From positions 492,298-556,297 of the forward strand of contig CAVZYM010000004.1 in the NCBI GenBank assembly GCA_963779495.1: a DNA stretch of 64,000 bases, read 5' to 3'. This stretch comes from an uncultured Pseudomonadota bacterium (GTDB taxonomy: Bacteria; Myxococcota_A; Polyangia; Fen-1088). The notes beneath the pieces were generated by a model. The model ran no database searches. It worked only from the letters and a program-made list of their open reading frames with translations, and was not told the DNA's origin. The position numbers and the translations under genes are program-made. Shown in pieces: positions 29,763 to 39,277 of the stretch; position 1 is the first letter of the stretch, and every line of letters starts with the position of its first letter.

Positions 29763-32006
29763 ATGACGGGAGGCGTGGGCGGTGAACTGACCCGCCTCGT
29801 TACCCGCCTTTTGGGCGCCTCGGTTGCTCGTGCGCGCCTGGCCGGCCCGGCCGGGCTGGTCGGGGGGGCGCTGGTGGCGCTGGCGCTCGCCATCGCCCTT
29901 GCAGCCGGGCTGCGCGGGATAGCCGCGCCGTTCCCCGCCGGGCACTTCAGCACCGAGGCCGGGATCGGCATCTTCGCCGACAACATGTGGCGCTGGCACA
30001 CGGTCCTGCCGGTGATCGGCTATCAGGAGCACGCGCCCCCCGCGAGCGCCTATTACCTGCACCACCCGCTGGGGATCTTCTGGGTCACGGCGCTGTTCCA
30101 GAAGGTCCTGGGGGCGGCGGACTGGGTGGTGCGCCTGCCGGCGCTGCTCTACCTGCTGGGGACGACCTGGTTCCTCTCCCGGAGCGGGCGCCTGCTCTGG
30201 GGGCCCGTCTCCGGGGGCCTGGCGGCCCTGGCCTACGTGGCCCTGCCGATCACGCTGGGCTACGCCGGTTTCAACGACCTGGAGCAGCCGGTGATGTTCG
30301 GCTGCGTCGTCGCGACCTGGGGCTACCTGCGGTTCATACGCGACGGCAAGGACCGCTATGCCGCCGCCAGCGTGCTCGGCTTCCTGTTCGCGGTGAACTG
30401 CGACTGGTGGGCCTACGTCTGGGGCGGCGTCTTCCTGGCCGGACTGTTCGTCCTCGCCTACGTGGTGCCCGAGCGGATGCGGCGCGAGCTCCCGCAGCGG
30501 TCGTTCGGCCGGTACTGGGCGCTGATGAGCAGCGCGGCGGTGGTCAGCCTGCTGGTGCTGGTGGCGCTGGCGATCGGCAGCGGGCGGTTGTCCGACATGA
30601 TCGGGATGTACGGCGTCCGCTCGTCCGGCAACAGCGGGCCGCTCGCCGCCGCCCTCACGGCCAGGGCCTACCGGATCGAGCTGATGTTCACCCCGATCGC
30701 CATCGCGCTGGGCAAGCTGGCGGTGCCGATCATCGTCGCGCGCGCCGCCCTGAAGCGCAGCCACCTCGAGCTGCTGCCGCTGCCGCTGCTGTGCGCGGCG
30801 GTCGTCCAGTACGTGGTGTTCAAGCAGGGGGCCGACGTGCACATCTTCTGGCCGCACCCGTTCGCCGCGTACTTCGCGCTGGCCGTCGGAGCGCTGGCCG
30901 CTTCGCTGCGCGACGCGCTGGCCTGGCTGGCGCCACGACTGCATGGGGTGGCCGGCCGGATCGCGCGCCAGGGGCCGTGGCTGGCGGCGGCGCTGGTGGG
31001 GCTGCCGATCCTGTTCGTGCTCAGGGACGGGCTCTCGCTGGTCCGCCTGGCGCACGAGACCGGCGGGCGATTCGCCGAGGCGAACCTCGACAGCTACGTC
31101 GACGCCTCGGTCGCGCTGCGCTGGTTCCTCGGACGCTCGCCGGCGCCGGGCGGGATTGCCTTCGTCGGCCAGATGGCGGGGACCTGGACCCTGCAGTGGG
31201 ACGCCCGGCCGCGCGTCAGCCAGCAGCGGACCTCGCTGGCACCGCCGACGTCGCTGCGTGTGCTGATGCTCGATTCGCGGGTGACGCCGGTGGCGGAGCT
31301 GCGCGACGCCGCGGGTCGATTCGCCGTCAACACCGTCGGTCCCTACTGGCTGATCGATCGGACCCAGCCCGCCGCGCCGCTGGCGGGCCACCGGTTCGAC
31401 GAGCGTGAGCCCCGCTGGTACGAGCTCTGCGGGGCAAGCGGGGTCGAGCCGGTGCGCGCGGTGGCGCCGGATCCCCTGGGTGACCTGGGAGTGGCGCACG
31501 CTGCTCGGGCAGGCGGCCGTGCCGCCGCAGGCGCCGGCCGTGACGACGGACCAGCTGCGGATTGCCCACAACGCCGCGCTGGCCTCGGGAGACGCGACCG
31601 CGGCGGGCTCGCTGCAGAGCGCCCTGCGGGCTCGCTTCAACCACTCCGTGTCAGCTCGCTACGAGAACGGCACCGAGCTCATCGGCGCGATCCGGAGCGA
31701 GGGGGCCGAGCGCAGCCTGACGCTGTTCTTCGTCGCCGGCACCTTCGCGACCGACACCCGGTTCTCGGTCCAGGCCCGGGTGTTCGCCGGGCCGCGGCTG
31801 TCGACGCTCCCGATTCGATCCGGCTCTGATCGACCTCGCGACCCCGCCGGTCTGGCCGACCAGGCTGTGGCGCAAGGGGCAGATTCTACGCGTTGAAGAT
31901 CGTCTACCGAAAGCGCCCCGGCCGCGAGCGCCTGACGGGCGGGTGGGGGCCCGGCGGGCCCCGGCGGGTCGACGCCGTCGAGCCTGTGGCGCTCGCTACG
32001 TTCTGA
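29763..32006 (+). CDS. ArnT/PMT-like (GT-C) glycosyltransferase with periplasmic C-terminal domain (frameshifts about 31470-31890)
   Basis: YYLHHPLG...EW/DWVVRLP, HIFW; downstream frames give WVTWEWR... and ...YRKRPGRERL...ATF*. Confidence 0.75.
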
Positions 32007-32799
32007 CGCCGGCGCGCGGACGCCGCCGCGCCACCACCATGTACCCCAGCGAGTCCTCGGGCTCGTAGAAGAACCGATCCATCACCCGCGCCGCCGCTGC
32101 CAGCGAGATCATCGAAGGCGCCACCAGCGGCAGGGTCCAGGCCCGCGGCCGCTCGGCGGTCGGTTGCTCGTGCGGGAGCTTGTCGAGCGACTGAGCCAGG
32201 CCACCCATCCGCGCGACCCGGAAGGCGAGGAAGGTGTTCAGCTTGTGGGCGAGGACGCTCCAGAGCCCCCCCTGGCGCCCCTCGTCGATCACCTCGAGGT
32301 TGGCGTCCGCGCACAGCGCCCGCAGCCCGTGGAGCGTGTAGCGGAAAAAGTCATAGGGCTGCTCGTGCAGGCGGAACTGAAACGGGGCCGCGATGATCAG
32401 CACGCCGTCGTCCTTGAGGACGCGCGACATCTCGGCCACCAGCGCGGCGGGGCGGGGGGTGTGCTCCAGCACCTCGGCGTTGAGGATGGTGTCGAAGCTG
32501 CCGTCGTCGAAGGGGAGCCGTGTCCCGTCGTACACCAGGTCGGGTCTGCGGCCGGACTTCGACGCCGAGGTCATCTCGAACGTCGCTTCGTGCTCGATGC
32601 CGATGTACGAGGTGACGAAGGGGCGGAAGATTGGCTCGTACGGCTTGGCGCCGCAGCCGACGTCGAGCAGCCGGCCGTGCGCGTACGGCGCCGCGCGTTT
32701 CAGATCCGCGACCAGGTGCGACAGGGCGAGGTCGACCCAGTCAGAGGCGCCGCGTGCGAACTGACGAAAGCCAGGAATGCTGGTCAAGATATCGAGCAT
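31996..32799 (-). CDS. class I SAM-dependent methyltransferase
   Basis: LLDVGCGAKPY, LPFDDGSFD, EVLEH, HEQPYDFFRYT. Confidence 0.9.
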   Translation of the reverse strand: MLDILTSIPGFRQFARGASDWVDLALSHLVADLKRAAPYAHGRLLDVGCGAKPYEPIFRPFVTSYIGIEHEATFEMTSASKSGRRPDLVYDGTRLPFDDGSFDTILNAEVLEHTPRPAALVAEMSRVLKDDGVLIIAAPFQFRLHEQPYDFFRYTLHGLRALCADANLEVIDEGRQGGLWSVLAHKLNTFLAFRVARMGGLAQSLDKLPHEQPTAERPRAWTLPLVAPSMISLAAAARVMDRFFYEPEDSLGYMVVARRRPRAGVRT

Positions 32800-32893
32800 A
32801 GGGGACCCACCTTAGGGCCCGCCGCGTCGACGGTCAAACGAGCGCCGCGGCGCCGTTTGCACGACGGGAAGCTGTCGGAGTAGAAGGTCGGTC

Positions 32894-33514
32894 GTGCTCG
32901 ACCGATTGAAACAGGGGTTCCTCGCCTACCACCACCGGACCAGCCGCATCCCGCAGGGAGAGCGTGTCGTCGCCTCGCTCACCCGCCACCTCGGTCACGT
33001 CAACTCGCTGCTCGACGTCGGCTGCGGCGATGGTGGGAACACGCTGGCCGTGGCCCGGGTCGCGGGGGCGACGCGGATCATCGGGGTCGACGTTCACGTA
33101 CGTCCCACCGCGATGATCGAGGTCCAGCCCTACGACGGCGTGCACCTGCCGTTCCCGGACGGTGCGTTCGAGGCGGTGACCATCGTCGACGTGCTCCACC
33201 ACTGCACCGACCCGCAGGCCGTCCTGTCCGAGTGCGTGCGGGTGGCCAGCAAGTGCCTGGTCATCAAGGATCACTTCGCCTTCGGCCCCATCTCTCACAA
33301 GCTGCTCTACTTCATGGACATCGCCGGCAACGCCAAGGACGGGATCCCGTCGCCGGGGACCTACTTCGAGCCGCAGCAGTGGGTCGAGATGATCGCCAAG
33401 GCGGGCGGGCGGATCGCCTCCCTGGACTGGCCGCTCAAGACACACGATCTGCCCTGGCGAATCGTCGGCTGGCCGCAGCTGCAATTCACCGCCAAGGTCG
33501 TCCCAACACGGTGA
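32894..33514 (+). CDS. class I SAM-dependent methyltransferase
   Basis: LLDVGCGDG, YDGVHLPF, DVLHH, IKDH. Confidence 0.9.
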   Translation: MLDRLKQGFLAYHHRTSRIPQGERVVASLTRHLGHVNSLLDVGCGDGGNTLAVARVAGATRIIGVDVHVRPTAMIEVQPYDGVHLPFPDGAFEAVTIVDVLHHCTDPQAVLSECVRVASKCLVIKDHFAFGPISHKLLYFMDIAGNAKDGIPSPGTYFEPQQWVEMIAKAGGRIASLDWPLKTHDLPWRIVGWPQLQFTAKVVPTR

Positions 33515-33521
33515 GGAGCCC

Positions 33522-34500
33522 ATGATCATCGGACGAAGCCCGCTGCGCATCTCGCTCGGAGGGGGCGGCACGGACCTGCCGTCGTACTACCGAGACCACG
33601 GCGGGTTCGTGGTCTCGGCGGCGATCACCCAGTACGTTCACGTCACCGCCCACCGGACGCCGCTGTCCGAGCTGATCGTCCGCTACTCGCAGATCGAGAA
33701 GGTCAAGACGGTCGCCGAGATCCGCCACCCGATCGTCCGCGAGGCCCTGCAGCTGACCGGGATCGCGGGGCCGAACATCGAGATCACCAGCATGGCCGAC
33801 ATCCCGGCCGGGACCGGCCTCGGCTCGTCCGGGAGCTTCACCACCTGCCTGCTCAAGGTGCTGCACAAGTTCAAGCGTCACTTCATCCATCCGCAGGAAC
33901 TGGCGGAGCTCGCTTGCCACATCGAGATCGACCGTCTGGGCGAGCCGGTCGGCAAGCAGGACCAGTACATCGCCGCCTACGGGGGCGTGACCCTGTTCGA
34001 GATTCGCCGGCGACGGCAAGGTGACGGCCCGCCCGGTGAACGCCTCCGAGGAGACGTTGGACCTGCTGGAGGACAACCTGGTGATGGTGTCGACCGGCTT
34101 CTACCGCTCGGCGGGCGAGGTCCTGAAGGAGCAGGACGACAAGAGCAAGAGCAAGGACCAGGCGATGATCGACAACCTTCACTTCGTGAAGGAGCTCGGG
34201 CGGCGCAGCCTGGAGGCGATCGAGTCGGGGGACCTGCGCAGTTCGGGCGCCTGATGCACGAGCACTGGCAGCACAAGAAGAAGCGCTCGAAGGTCATGTC
34301 GAACCCCGACATCGACCGCTGGTACGACCTGGCGATGGCCAACGGCGCGCTCGGCGGCAAGCTGATCGGCGCCGGAGGCGGCGGCTTCCTGATGTTCTAC
34401 ACCGAGGAGAAGGCGCGGCTGCGCCAGGCGCTGCGCGAGGCGGGCCTGATGGAGGTGAAGATCGCGCTTCGACTACGAGGGGACGAAGATCCTCAGGCCG
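33522..34500 (+). CDS. GHMP sugar-phosphate kinase (HddA/LmbP-like); several frameshifts, 3' end approximate
   Basis: PLRISLGGGGTD, GTGLGSSG, GKQDQY, GGKLIGAGGGGFL across three frames. Confidence 0.88.
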
Positions 34501-34523
34501 CACCCCTGTCGCGTTGGGTCGCC

Positions 34524-36169
34524 TCAGCGGCCGCAGAACGAAAGCGCCCGCGTCAGCCGTTCGTAGAGGCGCGGGTTGTGCCACTTGAACATGTCGTCGT
34601 AGCCGGTGAAGCCGAGGAGCACGCCCAGGACGACGGTCGCCAGCGCCAGCAGCACGGCGCCCGCGATTACCGCACGGCGGGGCCAGACCCGGTCCCTCAG
34701 GCGATCGATCAGCCACCAGAGTCCCCAGATCGCGACCAGGACGATGCCGGTGCTGACGTCGGCCAGGTAGCGCATGGTGGCGCCGATGCCGGCCGCTATC
34801 GGTAGCAGGGGGACGGTCGCCAGGATTCCGAAGCAGGCGAGGCACCACCACCGGCTTCGGGTGGCGAACGGGTCGGCGGGGGGCGCGTCGGCGGGCGCGG
34901 CGGCGGGAATCCAGCGCCGCAGCGGCCGCGCCATCGTCAGGACGATCGCGATCACGACCATCCAGGACCAGGGCGCCGACGACCAGATACCGACCACCGG
35001 TTCGCCGGTCATGTACTCGGGTGGGTAGGCCATCCCCGCCGGGAAGCCGCGGGGACCGACGTTGCGGAGCGCCGCGACGAACGGGAAGCGACAGGAGGCT
35101 CCGATCGGGCGCAGCAGATAGCTGTGGAGGTTGAGCGCCAGATACTTGCTGGAGATCTTCATCGGCATCGTGTTCAGCTGGTAACCGATGCCGAACTCGA
35201 ACCAGGCGTCGAAGCGCGCCTTGTTGTAGGCGAGCAGCAGCGCCGAACCGACGGCGACGGGAGCGGCGACCCACAGCAGGTCGCGGGCGCGCCGTCGCCA
35301 GACCCCCCGGTCGCCGGCGGGCGCGAACAGCGCTGTCGCCAGGCAGAGCAGGGCGGTCGGGGGGCCGGCGCTGATGCGGCAGGCGATCGCCAGCACCCAG
35401 GACGTCCCCGCCATCACCAGGTAGCGGCGCGGTGTCGGGCCGTCCTTCCCGCGCCATATCGCCTCGAACGCGAACAGCACCCCCAGCAGCAAGAAGGCCT
35501 GGGCGTCGACGATGGCGGCCTCGTAGATCCCCGGGGTCGCGATCATGTACGGCGTCGGGTTCGCGTAGGCGAACACGCCGATCGACAGCAGCACGAACCA
35601 GTAGGGGATCGCCGGGAACAACCGCCGCGCCATCCGCTCGATCAGCAGCGCCCCCGCGATCAGCAGAACGATGTAGCCGACGAACAGCGGGTACTGATCG
35701 CCGACCTCCCGGTTGATGCGGAAGACGGTCTTCGCGACCGCTATCCCCAGGGCGGGGAGGGGGCCCCAGTAGAGGTAGTAATGCCCCTTGTAGTAGCTGG
35801 CGTCCCAGAACCAGAGCCGGACGTTCGCCCAGTCGTACGGATTCGCCTTGGCCCGCAGCTCGGCCGAAGGCTCCATCGAGAGGTGCAGGTGGCCGGCGCG
35901 GAACCCGTCCGCCTGGAGGTTGTAGTTCCCGTTCCAGGTCGGCCAGGTGGTGAACGTCCCGGCGCTGATGATGAAGACGTACGACAGCGCGATGGCGGCG
36001 ACGAACAGCGCCAGGATCAGCCAACGCGGCGGCCGGCGGACTGTCCGCCAGAGCGACGCGAGGGCGCGGCGCGCGTGGGAGGGGGAGGGGCCATGCCCGT
36101 CGAGCCCGTCTCGGGAGGGTCGGAGTCCGACGGCGGGCTCGGAGGCGGATTAGGGGCCGGGATGTCCAA
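34524..36169 (-). CDS. polytopic membrane protein, GT-C-like glycosyltransferase (paralog C; N-terminal frameshift near 36085, start uncertain)
   Basis: Frame of 34524..35876 stays open upstream through NLQADGFRAGHL; WDASYYKGHYYLYWGP, IYEAAI, CRFPF, TMRYLAD. Confidence 0.7.
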
Positions 36170-36440
36170 GCACGAACCGGCGCCATCTAAGCAAAACCGG
36201 CCCGAGGTGGGAAGGGGCGGGGCCCCCCGCCGCCACACCGCCAGCGTCGGTGACCTTCAGCCGCTTCGCCGGGGCGTTGCCCTCTCTCTGGGCGACGGAG
36301 CCGGACGGCCACATCTGGTACGCGCTGAACGAGGTGCGGAAGAGCGCGCGCCGGCGGCGGTTCTGCTGCTTCCCCCGGTGCTCACTTCCGCTTGACTCTC
36401 ATGCCTAAGCCGTAACGTACGCGGATTCGAAATCCGGCAC

Positions 36441-36515
<75 letters not shown>

Positions 36516-36527
36516 CCCATCGCGAAC

Positions 36528-38384
36528 ATGCCAGCGCTGGAGTGGCCGAAGGTGATTCGCCCCCGCGACAAGGGGGACGTGCCCGACGATCCGCTGTCGC
36601 GGATGCGGCACTCGGCGTCGCACGTGATGGCGGACGCCGTCCGGCGGCTCCGCCCGAACGCCAAGGTGGCGATCGGTCCGTCGATCGACAACGGCTTCTA
36701 TTACGACTTCGACACCGAGCCGTTCGCGCCCGAGGACGCGGCGCGGATCGAGGCCGAGATGGCCAAGATCATCGCCGAGAATCTGCCCGTTCGAGCGCCA
36801 GGTGGTCTCGCGCGCCGAGGCGCTCGAACGCTGTTCGAGTCGCGCGGCGAGACGTACAAGGTCGAGATCATCCAGTCGATCCCCGAGGGCGACGAGGTCT
36901 CGCTACTTCCAGCACGGCGACTTCATCGACCTCTGCCGCGGGCCCGCACGTCGAGCGGACCGGCGACATCAAGGCCTTCAAGGTGCTGTCGTTCGCGGGC
37001 GCCTACTGGCGCGGCGACGAGCGCAACGCCCAGCTCCAGCGCGTCTACGGCACCGCCTTGCCGTCGCAGGCGGAGCTGGACGAGTACCTGGCGCGCATCG
37101 AGGAGGCCAAGCGCCGCGACCACCGCGACGCTGGGCAAGGAGCTCGACCTGTACTCGTTCGACGATCTGGTCGGGCCGGGCTTCGTGCTCTGGCACCCCA
37201 AGGGGGCGTTCGTCCGCTACCAGATCGAGGAGATCATCCGGCGCGAGAACGTCCGCCGCGGCTACGAGCTGGTCTACACGCCGCACGTCGCGCGCGAGCA
37301 GCTGCTCGAGACCTCGGGCCACCTCGCGCACTACAAAGAGAACCTGTTCGGCGGCATGGAGCTCGACGGCCAGCGCTACCTGGTCAAGCCGATGAACTGT
37401 CCGTTCCACGTGGCGATCTACCGCTCGCAGATGCGGTCGTACCGCGATCTGCCGCTGCGCTACTCGGAGCTGGGCACGGTCTACCGTTACGAGCGCTCGG
37501 GCGTGCTGCACGGCCTGCTGCGCGTGCGCGGCTTGACCCAGGACGACGCCCACCTGTTCGTCCGCGAGGAGCAGATCGCGGACGAGTTCATGGCCTGCGT
37601 CCGCTTCTGCGCTCGAGATGCTGGCGCTGTTCGGCTTCGACGACTTCAACCTCTACCTCGCCACCCGCCCGGAGAGCTTCATGGGCGAGCCCGCGGTCTG
37701 GGACAGGGCCGAGGCGGCGCTGCGCACGCGTGCTCGAGAGCCTCGGGCGGCCGTACGAGGTCGACGAGGGCGGCGGGGCGTTCTACGGGCCCAAGATCGA
37801 TCTCAAGATCAAGGACGCGCTCGGGCCGCGAGTGGCAGTGCTCGACCTTCCAGCTCGACTTCCAGCTCCCCGAGCGGTTCGAGCTCGAGTACGTCGCCCA
37901 GGACGGCAGCCGCCAGCGCCCGATCATGATCCACCGGGCGCTGCTCGGGTCGATGGAGCGGTTCATCGCCGTCCTGATCGAGCACTACGCCGGCGCGTTC
38001 CCGCTCTGGCTGGCGCCCGTCCAGGCCCGGGTGCTGACGGTCAGCGAGAAGGCCGAGGACTACGGCAACGAGGTGGTGGCCCGGATGCGCGACGCCGGGC
38101 TGCGGGTCGAGGCCGATCTGGCCGCCGACAAGCTGGGGGCCAAGATCCGCCGCGCCCAGCTGGAGAAGATTCCCTACATGCTGGTGGTCGGGGAAAAAGA
38201 CATGGCGGCACGCGTAGTTTCGCCGCGGACCCGCGAGGGGCAGCAGCTGCCGGCCACGCCGCTGGACGACTTCGTTCTGCGGCTGGTCGAGGAGGCCCGC
38301 CCCCCGGCGATCGGCGCCCCAACGAAGCCGGTGGAGGAGGCCCGTCCCTCGGCAATCGGCGCCCCCACGAAGCCGGTCACCTAG
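36528..38384 (+). CDS. thrS: threonine--tRNA ligase (short N-terminus; multiple indel errors)
   Basis: [68 protein letters not shown]. Confidence 0.95.
   Translation: MPALEWPKVIRPRDKGDVPDDPLSRMRHSASHVMADAVRRLRPNAKVAIGPSIDNGFYYDFDTEPFAPEDAARIEAEMAKIIAENLPVRAPGGLARRGARTLFESRGETYKVEIIQSIPEGDEVSLLPARRLHRPLPRARTSSGPATSRPSRCCRSRAPTGAATSATPSSSASTAPPCRRRRSWTSTWRASRRPSAATTATLGKELDLYSFDDLVGPGFVLWHPKGAFVRYQIEEIIRRENVRRGYELVYTPHVAREQLLETSGHLAHYKENLFGGMELDGQRYLVKPMNCPFHVAIYRSQMRSYRDLPLRYSELGTVYRYERSGVLHGLLRVRGLTQDDAHLFVREEQIADEFMACVRFCARDAGAVRLRRLQPLPRHPPGELHGRARGLGQGRGGAAHACSRASGGRTRSTRAAGRSTGPRSISRSRTRSGREWQCSTFQLDFQLPERFELEYVAQDGSRQRPIMIHRALLGSMERFIAVLIEHYAGAFPLWLAPVQARVLTVSEKAEDYGNEVVARMRDAGLRVEADLAADKLGAKIRRAQLEKIPYMLVVGEKDMAARVVSPRTREGQQLPATPLDDFVLRLVEEARPPAIGAPTKPVEEARPSAIGAPTKPVT
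38289..38378 (+). repeat. 45-bp tandem duplication in thrS C-terminus (2x EEARP(P/S)AIGAPTKPV)
   Basis: Two near-identical consecutive units just before the stop codon. Confidence 0.75.
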
Positions 38385-38478
38385 TGGGTAGCCACGGCAT
38401 TACAATGATGACGTGAGGTTTTCACACCCACTTATTCTGGAATGACTTAGATAAACCAACTGACGCGGAGGAAAGAGC

Positions 38479-39220
38479 ATCCCAAGACCATTCAATCAAG
38501 CCCCCCCGAGTGCTACGGACAACTACCGCGTCGGCCGGCGTATCCGCGTTCCTGAAGTACGCGTGATCGGCGCCGACGGCGGCCAGGTCGGCATCATCCC
38601 GACCCACGAGGCGCTACGCCTCGCCGAAGAGGCCGGGCTGGAGCTGGTGGAGGTCAATCCTCGCGCCGCGCCGCCGGTCTGCAAGATCATGGACTTCGGC
38701 AAGTTCAAGTACGAGACGTCCAAGAAGGAGAAGGCTTCGCGGAAGCACCAATCGACGATCGTGTTGAAGGAGATCAAGCTCCGCCCGAAGACCGACGATC
38801 ACGACTTCGACTTCAAGGTGAAGCACATCCGCACGTTCCTCTCCGAGGGGAACAAGTGCAAGCTGGTCATCGTCTTCCGCGGCCGCGAGATCGTCCACCC
38901 GGAGACCGGGCAGGCGATGCTCGACAAGGTCGTGAAGTCGCTGGGCGACACCGCGATGGTCGAGCAGCGTGCCGATGATGGAAGGACGCCGCATGGTGAT
39001 GATCGTCGGCCCCCGCGTCGGCGTCATCCGCACGCCCAGCGCGCCGGCTCCGGGCCGTCCGCCCACGCCGGCGACCCCGGCTGGCGGCGGCGCGGCTCCT
39101 CAGAGCGGCGGCGCGGCTCCTCAGAGCGGCGGGGCTGCTCCTCAGAGCGGCGGGGCTGCTCCTCAGAGTGGCGGGGCCGCTCCTCAGAGCGGCGGGGCCG
39201 CTCCCCAGACCCCCGCCTAG
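38479..39220 (+). CDS. infC: translation initiation factor IF-3 with non-canonical ATC start and repetitive C-terminal extension (frameshift near 38970)
   Basis: GGAGG RBS at 38467-38471, then in-frame ATC at 38479; IRVPEVRVIG, PPVCKIMDFGKFKY, KEIKLRP, FRGRE. Confidence 0.92.
39086..39211 (+). repeat. 6x 21-bp coding tandem repeat (GGAAPQS) in IF3 tail
   Basis: GGCGG(C/G)GC(G/T/C)GCTCC(T/C)CAGA(G/C)(C/T) units in register. Confidence 0.9.
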
Positions 39221-39230
39221 CAGGTTCCTT

Positions 39231-39265
39231 GTTCGTGGGGATCCCTCTCCGGGGTTCCCACGAAC
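39231..39265 (+). terminator. 15-bp stem-loop after infC (terminator or mRNA-stability hairpin)
   Basis: GTTCGTGGGGATCCC-TCTCC-GGGGTTCCCACGAAC, with G-U pairs; no U-tract. Confidence 0.5.
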
Positions 39266-39277
39266 TATGATGCAGCG

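Noticed and set aside
36392-36418. TTGACT...TAACGT promoter for tRNA-Val
   Set aside because: Spacer is only 15 nt; plausible but too weak to list.
39086-39211. Possible CRISPR array
   Set aside because: Units are contiguous 21-mers without spacers, in frame within infC; no cas genes.
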